A stretch of DNA of 64,000 nucleotides from Methanocaldococcus sp. 28A (GTDB lineage: Archaea > AGJL01 > Methanococci > Methanococcales > Methanocaldococcaceae): assembly GCA_049852185.1 (NCBI GenBank), contig CP187540.1. One strand, written 5' to 3'. The notes beneath the pieces are model-generated. The model ran no database searches, had not been told where the DNA came from, and was given only the letters and a program-made list of their open reading frames with translations. Numbering within the stretch: position 1 is the stretch's first letter; every line of letters starts with the position of its first letter. Positions 21,005 to 32,672 of the stretch are shown in pieces. The position numbers and the translations under genes were made by a program.

Positions 21005-22012
21005 CTATTCATCATCAATCCCATAAGGATTTTTGCTATAGTATTCAACTGTTTTTAATGCAGAGCTTACAACCATTTCTCTAATGTTTGGAATCTCTTC
21101 TTCCAATTTTTCTAAAATTTCATGACATCTTCTCCTAATACTATCTCCTCTATCTCTACTGTATGGGCAGATATCTTTATCTCTATAATATTCTATTCCA
21201 CACTCTTCAAGGGCTTTTATTATATCCCTCTCCAACACAGGAAGCATAGGTCTAATTATTGTGCATTCCTCCAAAGGTATTTTAAAGCTTTGATAATCAA
21301 CTATATTGGATTTAAATCTTGTTAATGGCCTCATAAACTTTAATCTCTCCCCTTTAAAGATATTTGCTAAGACTGTATCTGAGTTGTCATCTAAATTATG
21401 CCCATAAGCTAATTTAACCTTTTCATAAGGAATATTCTCTTTTTCAGCAATTTCCTTAGCCAATTTTCCTAATAAATGCCTTTTAATTACAGAGCAAGAG
21501 AAGCATGGTGAAAATTCCATTCCTTTTGAATTTTTTGTTAATATTTCAGATAGCTCTACAACATCCAAATCATTTTTTAATAATAAATGAGGAACATCAA
21601 GCATTTCACAGTGGTGTTTTATTAACTTAACTCCTTCTGTATTCTCTTTCCATGGTCTAACTCCTCCAATATTCACATCCACAGTCACAGCTATTAATTT
21701 TATTCCATATTTCCTTCTATAAACCTCCAATAAATGTAATAATAATAAACTATCCTTTCCTCCACTTAATCCAACTATAACAACATCCCTTGGAGCTATA
21801 ATTTTATGCTTATTAATAAACCTCCCAACCTTTGTTGATACATATTCATAAGTTTTTGAATACACTACTGGAATTCCAAACTCTTCCTCAATTTTATCCA
21901 TCTTTGTTCTTGATAATCGTGCCATTCTCTTGTTATTAACTAAAATTTTATCCTTTCTTATTGTTAAAAAGAATGGATTTGCATATTTCTTTAAATCTCT
22001 TAAATTAATCAT
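21005..22012 (-). CDS. TtcA/Ncs6-like PP-loop tRNA thiolation ATPase
   Basis: SGGKDS PP-loop, PCFSCS and GHNLDD motifs. Confidence 0.8.
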   Translation of the reverse strand: MINLRDLKKYANPFFLTIRKDKILVNNKRMARLSRTKMDKIEEEFGIPVVYSKTYEYVSTKVGRFINKHKIIAPRDVVIVGLSGGKDSLLLLHLLEVYRRKYGIKLIAVTVDVNIGGVRPWKENTEGVKLIKHHCEMLDVPHLLLKNDLDVVELSEILTKNSKGMEFSPCFSCSVIKRHLLGKLAKEIAEKENIPYEKVKLAYGHNLDDNSDTVLANIFKGERLKFMRPLTRFKSNIVDYQSFKIPLEECTIIRPMLPVLERDIIKALEECGIEYYRDKDICPYSRDRGDSIRRRCHEILEKLEEEIPNIREMVVSSALKTVEYYSKNPYGIDDE

Positions 22013-22038
22013 TATAATCCCTCTAATATTGGTTTTAA

Positions 22039-22131
22039 ATAGGATTTCCGCACTCCTTATAATAATAAGGAAAAAATGATGCCAAAGGCCTCAAACATGT
22101 CATATAATATTTATTTCTGCGAAAATCCTAT
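22039..22131. repeat. Palindromic repeat, family A, overlapping the cobQ 3' end
   Basis: ATAGGATTTCCGCA...TGCGAAAATCCTAT. Confidence 0.8.
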
Positions 22132-23593
22132 TTAAATTAACATTTCTCTCTAAAACTTCAGCAAAGTAATTTAAACTTTTTTCTATACTATCTTTATATG
22201 CATCTCCATCAATTTCCTCTAATCCCTTCCTCTTTCTAATCAAATTAATAATATAATTTCTAAACTCATAATTTTCAAATATTCCATGGAAGTATGTTCC
22301 TATAGCCAATCCATCACCAAATTTCTTAATAGCTCCATCAAAACCGTTTCCACAATTTCCAAAGCCTCTTTCAATTTTTATGAGAGGTTTTTCTTTTGAA
22401 ATAGTATAACCTTCATGTATCTCATAGCCTTTAACGTTGAATCTCTTATTATCTATATCTAAATAACCATAAGAGTTCTTAACTACTTTATCATTTCCAA
22501 AGTATGTTTTTGCATCAAATATTTTTAAGCCCTCAATATCTCCAACATCTGATTCTTTCTTATCTTTATCAATCAACTCTTTTCCTAAAACTTGATATCC
22601 CCCACATATACCAATAACAATCCCTCCTTCTTTTAAAAATTCTAAAACTTTTTCATCAAAGTTGTTTTCTTTTAGATAATAAGCTTCTTTAGTAGAGCTT
22701 CTTGTTCCTGGAAGTATTAAAATATCTCCAGTTATATCATCATCAAAGTCAATAAACTTTATAAATGCATCATACCTTAGAGGGTCTAAGTCTGTAAAGT
22801 TAGATATCTTTGAGAATCTAACAACGTTAATTTCTACTCCACTTTTTGCATTTCCAAAACTTCTCATACTCTGCAAAACTTGACTATCTTCCTCTGGTAA
22901 AACAAGGTTTTCATCATAAGGTAATATACCTAAAACAGGAACACCAGTTAATTCTTCAATTTTTTCAATTCCTTCTTTTAAAACCTCTGCATTTCCTCTA
23001 AATTTATTTATAATTATTCCTTTAATAAGCTTCCTCCAATTTTCAGGCAATAGTTTTATGGTTCCATATATTGAGGCAAAAACTCCCCCCCTATCAATAT
23101 CCGCCACTAATATAGCTTTGGCATCAACCATCTCTGCTATCCTTAAATTTGCTATATCATCCTTCAACAAATTTATCTCACAACAACTTCCTGCTCCTTC
23201 CATAATAACATAATCATATTCTTTATCCAAAATATCCAAACTTTCTTTAATTTTTTTTATAAAAAAACTCTTATTTTTTCTATATTCATTGTAATCCATA
23301 TCCTTGTATGGCCTTCCATGGACTATAACTTGAGATATAAAATTACCTTTTGGTTTTAATAAAATTGGGTTAAAATGGACTGACGGCTCTACTCTACAAG
23401 CTAAGCTTTGAGTATATTGAGCTATAGCTATTTCTCCATCCTCCTTTGCTACTCTTGAATTTAAACTCATATTTTGAGATTTAAAAGGAGCTACCTTATA
23501 TCCTCTATTTGCTAAAATTCTACATAATCCTGCAGTTATTGTTGTTTTTCCACTGTTTGAAGAGGTTCCAACAACCATTATAAACTCTGCCAT
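22100..23593 (-). CDS. cobQ: Cobyric acid synthase
   Basis: [25 protein letters not shown] and YEIH motifs. Confidence 0.96.
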   Translation of the reverse strand: MAEFIMVVGTSSNSGKTTITAGLCRILANRGYKVAPFKSQNMSLNSRVAKEDGEIAIAQYTQSLACRVEPSVHFNPILLKPKGNFISQVIVHGRPYKDMDYNEYRKNKSFFIKKIKESLDILDKEYDYVIMEGAGSCCEINLLKDDIANLRIAEMVDAKAILVADIDRGGVFASIYGTIKLLPENWRKLIKGIIINKFRGNAEVLKEGIEKIEELTGVPVLGILPYDENLVLPEEDSQVLQSMRSFGNAKSGVEINVVRFSKISNFTDLDPLRYDAFIKFIDFDDDITGDILILPGTRSSTKEAYYLKENNFDEKVLEFLKEGGIVIGICGGYQVLGKELIDKDKKESDVGDIEGLKIFDAKTYFGNDKVVKNSYGYLDIDNKRFNVKGYEIHEGYTISKEKPLIKIERGFGNCGNGFDGAIKKFGDGLAIGTYFHGIFENYEFRNYIINLIRKRKGLEEIDGDAYKDSIEKSLNYFAEVLERNVNLNRIFAEINII

Positions 23594-23675
23594 AGTGTCA
23601 CCGAAGGTTTTATAATCAAAAACTAAAATTTTAGGTTATAGACTATCTTTAAATTATTCATTAAATATCTTTTGT

Positions 23676-24656
23676 GTGATAGTCATGTTTGATTTAGAAA
23701 CAGAAAGAGTTATAAAAGAAATTGAAAATTTAAATAAAAAGAAACCAAAAGTAGTTTTTCAAGCTCCAGAAGGTTTAAAATTATCTGTTGAAAAAGAAAT
23801 TGAAAAAATTAAAAGATATTTTAAAGAGAAGGGAAAAGAAATTGAGATATATCTATGGGGAAATACTTGCTTTGGTGCGTGTGATTTAATAGATAGTCAT
23901 GTCAAAAACCTAAATATTGATTTAATTATACATTACGGGCATGAAAAATTAAGCTATGCAAAGCCAGAGATTAAAACACTCTTTATTCCTGCCTATCATT
24001 TATTTGATAAAGATGAAGAAGAGAAAATTTTGAATGATATAAAAGAATTTATAGAAAAACATGAAAATGAAGGAAAAAAGGTAAGTTTAGCAACAACCAT
24101 ACAATATAAAAAACTTTTAAAGGATTTCAATCCAAGTATAATCTTAGGTTGCAGAGGGGAAGTTAAAGAAGGGGATGTTATATTATTTATAGGAACTGGG
24201 AGGTTTCATCCCCTAATGCTTGCTTACAAATACCAAAAAGAGGTTTTTATATACAATCCTGTATCTAAATGCTTTGATAGGATATATGAAGAAGAGATTA
24301 ACAAGTTTATTAAAAAGAGAATTTCAGCAATATCTAAATTAATTCTAAATATGCCAAAAAAAGTAGGGGTTGTTTTATCAACAAAAAAAGGACAATTTAG
24401 AAAAAAGATTTTTGATGAGATTATAAAATTATTAGAAAAAAACAATATCAACTATATCTCAATAATTGTAGATAACATCTCTCCAGATATTTTATTCTAT
24501 GATGTTGATTGCTATATAATAGTTGCATGTCCAAGGGTTGTGTTAGATGACTATATATTATACAAAAAACCAATTTATACTCCAGAAGAATTCAAACTCT
24601 TCATAGAAAATAGCTTTGAATATAAGTTTGATGAAATTAAAGAAAGTGATTTTTAA
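23676..24656 (+). CDS. dph2: Diphthamide biosynthesis enzyme Dph2
   Basis: QAPEGLK, CFGACD, ILGC and VACPR motifs. Confidence 0.93.
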   Translation: MIVMFDLETERVIKEIENLNKKKPKVVFQAPEGLKLSVEKEIEKIKRYFKEKGKEIEIYLWGNTCFGACDLIDSHVKNLNIDLIIHYGHEKLSYAKPEIKTLFIPAYHLFDKDEEEKILNDIKEFIEKHENEGKKVSLATTIQYKKLLKDFNPSIILGCRGEVKEGDVILFIGTGRFHPLMLAYKYQKEVFIYNPVSKCFDRIYEEEINKFIKKRISAISKLILNMPKKVGVVLSTKKGQFRKKIFDEIIKLLEKNNINYISIIVDNISPDILFYDVDCYIIVACPRVVLDDYILYKKPIYTPEEFKLFIENSFEYKFDEIKESDF

Positions 24657-24679
24657 GTTTCCATCCTTGTTTTAATAAA

Positions 24680-24787
24680 CCCATAGAGGGGGCAAAGCCC
24701 CCTCTATTGGTATACTCCCCGCACCATAGGGCTTCGCCCTATTGGTATACCCGGGATGCATTGCCTCGCTTCGCTTGGCAATGCCTC
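24680..24787. repeat. GC-rich tandem hairpin cassette in the array trailer
   Basis: Hairpins ATAGAGGGGGC-aaa-GCCCCCTCTAT, ATAGGGC-ttc-GCCCTAT and GCATTGCC..GGCAATGC. Confidence 0.75.
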
Positions 24788-24937
24788 TTAATAAATGCTA
24801 TTAAAAAACAGTTTCCATCCTTGTTTTAATGGACTAACGATTCAAACGGGACGACAGGTAAATATATATATTGATTTAAATGAGTTTCCATCCTTATTTT
24901 AATGGACTACTTATTCAAACTTGAACATGGTGATATT

Positions 24938-25234
24938 ATGAATAAAACAATTAAGTTAGTTATATTTATATTTTTGTGGATAATGGTATTAATGTTAATT
25001 TCGGTTATTGGAGTAATATACGATAATAATATTCATATATTACTATTATTGGCGGTATGTTTTTGGCTTTGGATAATTTTTGGGATATATTTAGTAATGA
25101 AATGGTTGTATAAATCTGGGTTGATATGGATTATATTGCTTGTAATTTTATCAGCAATATTTCCATTATTTGGATTAATTATAATTTTAGTGTTGATATT
25201 ATATTCTATATTATCATCAGATGGGGGAGTCTAA
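24938..25234 (+). CDS. 98-aa hydrophobic multi-TM protein encoded inside the CRISPR array
   Basis: GGTGA SD at 24929-24933, ATG at 24938, intact frame, 3-4 hydrophobic segments. Confidence 0.7.
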   Translation: MNKTIKLVIFIFLWIMVLMLISVIGVIYDNNIHILLLLAVCFWLWIIFGIYLVMKWLYKSGLIWIILLVILSAIFPLFGLIIILVLILYSILSSDGGV

Positions 25235-25958
25235 TGATTGATTTGTGTGATGAGAAAAATTTATAATTTTTGTTTTTGATTGCAATTTTATTTATTTGTT
25301 TGGTTTGTATTTAGTTTCCATCCTTATTTTAATGGACTAACGATTCAAACCGGAGATATAGATATATCTAAAGAAGATTCTATATTAGATATAAGTTTCC
25401 ATCCTTATTTTAATGGACTAACGATTCAAACTAGGCGATAAAGTTATTGTTGGAAATTCTGATGAATAGTTTCCATCCTTATTTTAATGGACTAACGATT
25501 CAAACATTATACAGAGATTATAAAGATGCAATAAATTTCACAAATGAAAGTTTCCATCCTTATTTTAATGGACTAACGATTCAAACTTATTCCAGATATA
25601 AAATTTAAGGATTTGGAAAATTGGTTTCCATCCTTATTTTAATGGACTAACGATTCAAACACTCCCCTAACGCCGATAATAACGAACCGAGAGAGAGTTT
25701 CCATCCTTATTTTAATGGACTAACGATTCAAACTGTCTATAAAACCTAAGTATTTCCTCATAATAGCCAGTTTCCATCCTTATTTTAATGGACTAACGAT
25801 TCAAACGTATCCAGATTCCATAAAAATAATGATTACGAGAGACGAATGTTTCCATCCTTATTTTAATGGACTAACGATTCAAACAAGCTTATAATAATAA
25901 CGAATTAGGACACAATAACGAGTTTCCATCCTTATTTTAATGGACTAACGATTCAAAC

Positions 25959-26400
25959 CCTACCAACTATTACCTATTTAATACACAAACTCCTATATAA
26001 ATCTTTCTTTTTAACATCGATTTTTCTGACTGCCCAATTATTGAAACCTTTATAAGAGTAAGAAAGATTGTGCAAACTCTTTATAAATAAAATGCACAAC
26101 CATAAACAAAAATCTCAATAATCAGACATTATTTTATATAAAATAAATCTTATTTATCTATAAAATCTACACAATAAAAACAAATAACAAAAATCTCTAA
26201 AAAATCTAAATTTTAATCAGAAAAAATTAGTAATACTTTTTATCAATTTTCTAGTACCAAAATTAAGGCAGGGGTATATAAAAGCAAGAAAGTAAAATTA
26301 ATATTTCTAATGCCTAAATTAAGTTTTTTAATAAATAACAAAATACACTTTGTCCTTATAAAAGTTTATTTTATTTTGCACAAAACTACAATTAACCAGA
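25959..26400 (-). promoter_or_regulatory. Leader of CRISPR array 1
   Basis: AT-rich non-coding stretch; minus strand AAAGAAAGA-TTTATATA about 36 nt before the first repeat. Confidence 0.75.
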
Positions 26401-26476
26401 ATAAATAAAAATAAATATCAAATATTTAAATTTTAACTCAAAAATTTTATATCCACAAAGCAAAACTTAAATATTT

Positions 26477-26773
26477 TTAACAGAATGTCCTATTTGTTGC
26501 TGGTATGCAAAGAGTTTCATTACAGTTTGGACATGTTATAGTAACTTTATCTTTTTCATAGTATGCTTTAAATGGTTTTTTACAATATGGGCAGAAATAT
26601 ATCCTTCCACCAGTTTCTTTACACTCCCCAACTTCCCCAACTGTTGGATATCTTTCAAAAGTAATTTTACTTTCTTTATTTTGGTATTTAAAAAATTTTT
26701 CAACTAAATTTAAGTAAATATTAACTGCAACTTCATTTACACAATCTTTTCCACAGTATGGACAATTATACAT
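26477..26773 (-). CDS. Small Cys-rich zinc-finger protein
   Basis: CPYC, CPYC and CPNC motifs; GAGGTGA SD. Confidence 0.8.
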   Translation of the reverse strand: MYNCPYCGKDCVNEVAVNIYLNLVEKFFKYQNKESKITFERYPTVGEVGECKETGGRIYFCPYCKKPFKAYYEKDKVTITCPNCNETLCIPATNRTFC

Positions 26774-26866
26774 AAAATCACCTCAAAAACTTATTTATTG
26801 TTATTTGTTATTTATAATATTCTATACATTTATATTATAAATATATTCCGTTTCATTTAACAATGT

Positions 26867-27508
26867 TTGTTCATGGTTTTTCATTACAATGTTGGTGAAA
26901 TCATGTGGAAAAAGTTGGAAAGCTTAACCAGTAAAATTTACGAAAAGGCGAGAAAAAAAAAGGGAGAACATAGAATTGCACTATTAATTGATGGTCCAAA
27001 CATGCTTAGAAAAGAATTTAATATTGATTTAGATAAAATTAGAGAAGTTTTAAGTGAATTTGGTGATATTGTTATAGGGAGAGTATATTTAAATCAATAT
27101 GCATCAGATAAGTTGATAGAAGCTGTTATAAACCAAGGTTTTGAACCAAAAATATCTGCTGGAGATGTTGATGTTGAAATGGCTGTAGATGCTACTGAAC
27201 TCGTTTTTAATCAGAATATAGATACTATAGCTTATGTAACAAGAGATGCTGACTTTCTTCCAGCTATTAGAAAAGCAAAAGAGAGGGGAAAAAAGGTTAT
27301 AGTCATTGGAGCTGAACCAGGTTTTTCTACAGCTTTACAGAATATCGCCGACTATGTTATCAAAATTGGGGAAGAATTTCAATTAGATAGAGAAAAATTA
27401 GAGAAAAAGAAAAAAAGCAAATTTTTAAAGGTTGAAGAAAAACCAGAAAATAATGAAGTAGATAATAAAAAAGATGAAAAAAATAAAACCATTCATCTAA
27501 TTAATTAA
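26867..27508 (+). CDS. NYN-domain protein, TIGR00288 type (likely start ATG 26903)
   Basis: [15 protein letters not shown] and TRDADF motifs. Confidence 0.88.
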   Translation: MFMVFHYNVGEIMWKKLESLTSKIYEKARKKKGEHRIALLIDGPNMLRKEFNIDLDKIREVLSEFGDIVIGRVYLNQYASDKLIEAVINQGFEPKISAGDVDVEMAVDATELVFNQNIDTIAYVTRDADFLPAIRKAKERGKKVIVIGAEPGFSTALQNIADYVIKIGEEFQLDREKLEKKKKSKFLKVEEKPENNEVDNKKDEKNKTIHLIN

Positions 27509-27518
27509 ATAATAATTA

Positions 27519-28115
27519 TTATTTTATTCCTAATATTTTTCTTAAGACTGTTGATATTGCAAACGAACAGAGTATATACCAACCTAACCATCCTAAGGCA
27601 GTGTTAGAAACTATTTTAAAACCTCCTTTATATAATATAGAACCAAGCCAATGCCAAAAATCAACAAACAAAATTTTTGACAATATTGTTGGTAAATATA
27701 CCACAACACCATTCCAATTTGGATTCAGCTCTTGATATATTCCACCAAATCCATAAACATGCCTTAAATAAATAAATATCAAAATTATTGGAATCCAGGT
27801 GTATATCATTGGTTTAAGACTCATTTTCATTAATTCAGCGTTAAGTTGCATAATTCTCTGATATTCTTCCTGGAGTTTTTCTGCCATTTCAGGATTTTTA
27901 GCCATCTTTTTAGATTTTACTTGGAATTCTTGAATCTCTCTTTTTAGCTCTGCCACTCTTTCCTGGTCAACTAAAAGTTTTGTAGCTATATTGATAATTA
28001 GAGATACGATTATTGCAATAATTAAAATTGCCAATGCAGGATGTAAAACTTTTATTATAGGCATGAAAATTGCATCTAACGTACTATAGTAGATATTTGT
28101 TATGGTTTCAAACAT
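27519..28115 (-). CDS. DUF106 / EMC3-TMCO1 (Oxa1-like) membrane insertase
   Basis: TM-coiled coil-TM layout, [10 protein letters not shown] motif, position after adk. Confidence 0.9.
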   Translation of the reverse strand: MFETITNIYYSTLDAIFMPIIKVLHPALAILIIAIIVSLIINIATKLLVDQERVAELKREIQEFQVKSKKMAKNPEMAEKLQEEYQRIMQLNAELMKMSLKPMIYTWIPIILIFIYLRHVYGFGGIYQELNPNWNGVVVYLPTILSKILFVDFWHWLGSILYKGGFKIVSNTALGWLGWYILCSFAISTVLRKILGIK

Positions 28116-28167
28116 ATATTCACCTTAAAATAGTTATTTAATATAAAAAATTAAAAATTTAAAGAAT

Positions 28168-28752
<585 letters not shown>

Positions 28753-28802
28753 TCACCTCACTAAGAATTTTATTAATTTAATTTTTAAGAATTTCAATAA
28801 CT

Positions 28803-30125
28803 TCACTTATTTAACAATTTTGCTATTGATGGGTGTAACTCACTTACCTTATCTTTTAAAATTTGTTCATACATTCTATATACAATTGAGACGGTTAATA
28901 AAACACCTGTACCTCCACCTAAAGCCCCAATAAAATTAGCTATCGCTGCCAAAAACCCTACAAATGCAGCACTCATAACTGTTAGTGGTGGAATGTATCT
29001 TCTTAATCTCTGCTCAATTGCCTTTTCACTCTTTCTAAATCCTTTAATTGCCATACCTAATGAGCCAATTCTCTTAGCCATACTTTTTGGGTCTAATCCT
29101 GTAGTTTCAACCCAGAATATACCAAAGATTATACAAAAGATAATCATTGCTATAATATATACTATAGCATGTAGAGGGTCTGAGATTACACTTGTTAATC
29201 CATAAGGAGTTGATAGATAATAGGCTATCCCATCTATAGGCCTTCCTCCTTCATAATGTCCAAGAATTGGAATTCCTAACCTATATAATGCCAAACCCCA
29301 AAGTTGTATATTTGCAAATAAAGCAGAAGTTAATATAACTGGAATGTTTGAGACATATATAAACTTTATAGGATATTTTCCAACTGCTCCTTTAATTCTT
29401 CCATGTGCTAATGGAATTTCAACTCTTAAACATTCTGCATAAACAACAATTAAGAAAACAATTATTGTCCCAAGTATTGGAGCAATGTATTCAATGTTTG
29501 GCATTCCTTGAATTAATGAATTTAAAAACTTCCATAAATATCCTTCTGGCCCAAATGCTCCAACAAATATAGTTTGTGAAACACCAGCTGCAATAAACAG
29601 CCCTATTCCTGAACCAATTCCATATTTTGAGACTATCTCATCTAAATATATTAAAATTATTGAACCCAAGGCAATCTGAATAATAATTAAAAATGCCAAC
29701 AATGGTGTTAGTGCTCCAAACGCTCCTGCTCCAACAAACAAAACTGCCTCAACAAAACACATTATTATAGATAAAAGCTTTTGACATCCTTGGAACAAAG
29801 CTCTATTTTCTGGAATTGATAAATCCATTTGAATTATTCCAGCTCCAACCAACAACTGCATGATAATTCCAGCTGTAACTATAGGCCCAATACCTAAAGT
29901 AATTAAGGTTCCTATTCTTGAAGCTGTAATTGTTTGCCAAAATTCAAATATGGCTGGAATTTGAGCCCCTGCTGTATAAATGTCTATAGTTCCCATAATG
30001 AAATATAGAACCAAAACTATACCTGTCCATTTAAGCTTTTCTTTAAATGACAATTCCCTAATTGGTAATTCAACCTCTGGAATCTTTTCCAATATTGGAA
30101 CTAATTTTTTCATATATTCTTCCAA
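28803..30125 (-). CDS. secY: Preprotein translocase SecY
   Basis: LGIGPIVTAGII, GSGIGLFI and GGTGVLLTV motifs. Confidence 0.98.
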   Translation of the reverse strand: MEEYMKKLVPILEKIPEVELPIRELSFKEKLKWTGIVLVLYFIMGTIDIYTAGAQIPAIFEFWQTITASRIGTLITLGIGPIVTAGIIMQLLVGAGIIQMDLSIPENRALFQGCQKLLSIIMCFVEAVLFVGAGAFGALTPLLAFLIIIQIALGSIILIYLDEIVSKYGIGSGIGLFIAAGVSQTIFVGAFGPEGYLWKFLNSLIQGMPNIEYIAPILGTIIVFLIVVYAECLRVEIPLAHGRIKGAVGKYPIKFIYVSNIPVILTSALFANIQLWGLALYRLGIPILGHYEGGRPIDGIAYYLSTPYGLTSVISDPLHAIVYIIAMIIFCIIFGIFWVETTGLDPKSMAKRIGSLGMAIKGFRKSEKAIEQRLRRYIPPLTVMSAAFVGFLAAIANFIGALGGGTGVLLTVSIVYRMYEQILKDKVSELHPSIAKLLNK

Positions 30126-30415
30126 GTTCTCACCTTATTAAGGGATTAAATGAATTTATTAATATATTCTGCCAATATTTTCCTATTTAAACATACTTTT
30201 ATAATAAAATAGACCCATAATAAGTTAAGTAGGAAAATAGAGAATATATTACTAAAATAGTAAAATTCAATCGATTTCTCGTAAATTCTTTTAAGGAAGT
30301 ATTTAAATTTTTAATATATTTAATTTTCTGTAAAAAAAGAGATACTCTCCTCTCATCTAAAAATTTTTCATGTTCAGAATCAAAAATTAAAAATAAAAAG
30401 AAAACTACTAATAAC

Positions 30416-30847
30416 TTAGAGTTCAACAACCTCTCCACCTACTGCCTCAATCTTCTCTTTTGCTTTCTCTGAAACTTCAATTGCTTTAACAATCATTGGA
30501 ATTGTAACTTTTCCTTTACCTAAAACTTTTTCATAACCTAACTCAATTACATCAACAACAAATTTATCATCTTCTTTTTCAAATTTATCAGGGTTTTTCA
30601 ACACAATTTCTTCGAGTTCTCCAACATTTATTGTTTCTAATCTTTTAATTAAGCTTGGGTGTCTCTTGAATCCATACTTTCCGAAGTAGTCAGGCATGTA
30701 TTTTATAATCCATGTCCATTTGTGCTTATGCCCACCTGCCATTCCTCTTCCTCCTCTGTTTCCAGCCCCTCTTCTCTTCTTGTGGCTACCTCCTCCACAA
30801 GTTCTTGAACCTCTAATTTTTTTAACTTTTTTCTTTTTTCTAATCAT
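30416..30847 (-). CDS. rpl15: 50S ribosomal protein uL15
   Basis: RGAGNRGGRGMAG motif; operon order. Confidence 0.97.
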   Translation of the reverse strand: MIRKKKKVKKIRGSRTCGGGSHKKRRGAGNRGGRGMAGGHKHKWTWIIKYMPDYFGKYGFKRHPSLIKRLETINVGELEEIVLKNPDKFEKEDDKFVVDVIELGYEKVLGKGKVTIPMIVKAIEVSEKAKEKIEAVGGEVVEL

Positions 30848-30858
30848 AAACTACCACC

Positions 30859-31332
30859 CTACATCATTTTTTCTAATAATTCATTAATTTTTTCTCCTCT
30901 GTAACCTAAAGCTCCACCAACACTAAATGGTTTTTTAATTCCTCCTCTTTCAAATCCTTTTCTTGGTGGATGTAATCTAAAGACAGGCTTTAATGGAGTT
31001 TCTTTTAATTTAATTTCTCCTTTTATAATCTTTTCTGCTAGTTCTTCAACATCCATTCCTGTTAATTCCTTTATAATTTCTGGACTAACTCTTTTATTTC
31101 CTGGTAATCTTCCTCTCTTTAAAATTAATTTAACTAATGTGTCCTTATTAATTTCTCCATAAGTTACATAATCTTTAACTTTCTGCAACATTCCTTTAAA
31201 GGTATCTGTTTCTGGAACTATTACACAGTGATTTACTTTGTGTAATCTCAACATTTTTAGAGTATCTGCTATATCTCTTCTTACACCAATTCTCCCTCTT
31301 ATTCTAATAACAGCATAAGCCATATCTATCAC
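30859..31332 (-). CDS. rpl30: 50S ribosomal protein uL30
   Basis: FRLHPPRKG motif; operon order. Confidence 0.96.
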   Translation of the reverse strand: MIDMAYAVIRIRGRIGVRRDIADTLKMLRLHKVNHCVIVPETDTFKGMLQKVKDYVTYGEINKDTLVKLILKRGRLPGNKRVSPEIIKELTGMDVEELAEKIIKGEIKLKETPLKPVFRLHPPRKGFERGGIKKPFSVGGALGYRGEKINELLEKMM

Positions 31333-31388
31333 CTTATTTAAAATAAAAGTTTTAAAATAGCTCTAATTTTAAAATGAGAAAAGTTAAT

Positions 31389-32045
31389 TTACAATACTCT
31401 TCCTTCAACAATTCCTAATTTCTCTTTGTGTTTAACCATGGTTCTTGTAAAGTTTAAGCTTTTTAGAGCTTCAAATGTAGCCATTGCAAAGTTGTATGTT
31501 GTTCTTGTTTCTCCAAATGTCTTTGTCCAAACATCTTTAATTCCAGCTAATCCTAAAACTGCCTTAGCAACATCTCCAGCAACTAAACCAACTCCCTTTG
31601 GAGCTGGCAATATCTCTATTACAGTACTTCCACACTTTCCATATCCTTTGTATGGAATTGAGTGGGGTGTTCCACAACCACACTCCCAAGAACCGCAACC
31701 TCTCTTAACTCTAATAATGTTTTTCTTTGCTTGAGCTATAGCTTTTCTAATTGCAGGCCCTACTTCTTTAGCTTTACCTTTTCCAACACCAACATAACCA
31801 TTTCTGTTTCCTACAACAACGGTAGCTCTAAACCTTGCTCTTCTTCCTGACTTGTGCATTCTCTGAACTAACTTAACGTCTAAAACTTTCTCTTCTAAAT
31901 CTGGAAGAAGAGCATCTACAATTTCAGGCTCTAAAATTGGTAAGTTGTTATCTAAGATGTAATCAATGTCAGTAATTTGTCCTTCTTTAACCATTCTTCC
32001 AACAGTTGTTTTTGGTTCCCACTCGTCTATGTTGAATCTCATCAT
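31389..32045 (-). CDS. rps5: 30S ribosomal protein uS5
   Basis: WEPKT and [11 protein letters not shown] motifs. Confidence 0.97.
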   Translation of the reverse strand: MMRFNIDEWEPKTTVGRMVKEGQITDIDYILDNNLPILEPEIVDALLPDLEEKVLDVKLVQRMHKSGRRARFRATVVVGNRNGYVGVGKGKAKEVGPAIRKAIAQAKKNIIRVKRGCGSWECGCGTPHSIPYKGYGKCGSTVIEILPAPKGVGLVAGDVAKAVLGLAGIKDVWTKTFGETRTTYNFAMATFEALKSLNFTRTMVKHKEKLGIVEGRVL

Positions 32046-32051
32046 CTCACC

Positions 32052-32639
32052 TTAGAACATGCTGTCTATCTTTGCCTTTATTTCTTCAAAGTGTTCAGGT
32101 AATTTTTCTGGCTCTAAACCTTTCTCTAAGTATTTTGAGAACTGTTTCTTGTATTTTTCTTCATCCTGTTCTTTTAACATTTCAGCATAAGCTTTTATGT
32201 GTTCTCCCCTTATTCTATCTTCTGATGGCAATATCTCTTCTCCATGTGGAATTTCCATACCAGCATCTAAAGCTCCTTTTAATATTGCAAATACGGCTGC
32301 TCCTTTTGTAGCTCTGTGCAATCCAATATCTAAAACTGCCTCAGTGTAGCCTTTAGCTAATGCCTTCTTCCCTAACAAATAACCTGTTAAGTAGGCTGAT
32401 GGCAAGTTTCCAGTATGCCCTTTATAACCTAATTTAATTAACTCTCTTGAATGAGCTGAAACTACCGTTCTATCTCCTTTCTCATCATACAATATAATTT
32501 GAGCAATGCAATGATTTAATGACTTTCTTGCTACCAATCTTGGTTTTCTTGATAATAGTAATCTTAATCTTTTTCTGTAATCAGTTTTTGCTTCTCTTCT
32601 TCTTCTAAATTTAACTCTATAAGTTGGACCTGTTGCCAT
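32052..32639 (-). CDS. rpl18: 50S ribosomal protein uL18
   Basis: [10 protein letters not shown] and [10 protein letters not shown] motifs. Confidence 0.97.
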   Translation of the reverse strand: MATGPTYRVKFRRRREAKTDYRKRLRLLLSRKPRLVARKSLNHCIAQIILYDEKGDRTVVSAHSRELIKLGYKGHTGNLPSAYLTGYLLGKKALAKGYTEAVLDIGLHRATKGAAVFAILKGALDAGMEIPHGEEILPSEDRIRGEHIKAYAEMLKEQDEEKYKKQFSKYLEKGLEPEKLPEHFEEIKAKIDSMF

Positions 32640-32672
32640 ACTTCCTCACCTTCCCACTAAAAATTGTTTTAA

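Larger units (their letters stand above)
24657..25958 (-). CRISPR. CRISPR array 1: 11 full 37-nt repeats plus one 20-nt partial; spacers 36-44 nt except one of 393 nt
   Basis: Plus-strand repeat GTTTCCATCCTTATTTTAATGGACTAACGATTCAAAC at 24811, 24884 (variant), 25314, 25395, 25469, 25550, 25624, 25697, 25770, 25848 and 25922; partial at 24657. The minus-strand repeat ends ATGGAAAC and the leader lies on the right. Confidence 0.97.

Noticed and set aside
25661-25696. Spacer sharing TAACGCCGATAA with the CTGAC-IS relics (about 6778 and 40828)
   Set aside because: Only 12 contiguous nt (16/18) and the rest does not align; too weak to call self-targeting
30199-30438. 79-aa ORF between rpl15 and secY
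   Set aside because: Low-complexity AT-rich intergenic frame overlapping rpl15; probably the secY promoter region
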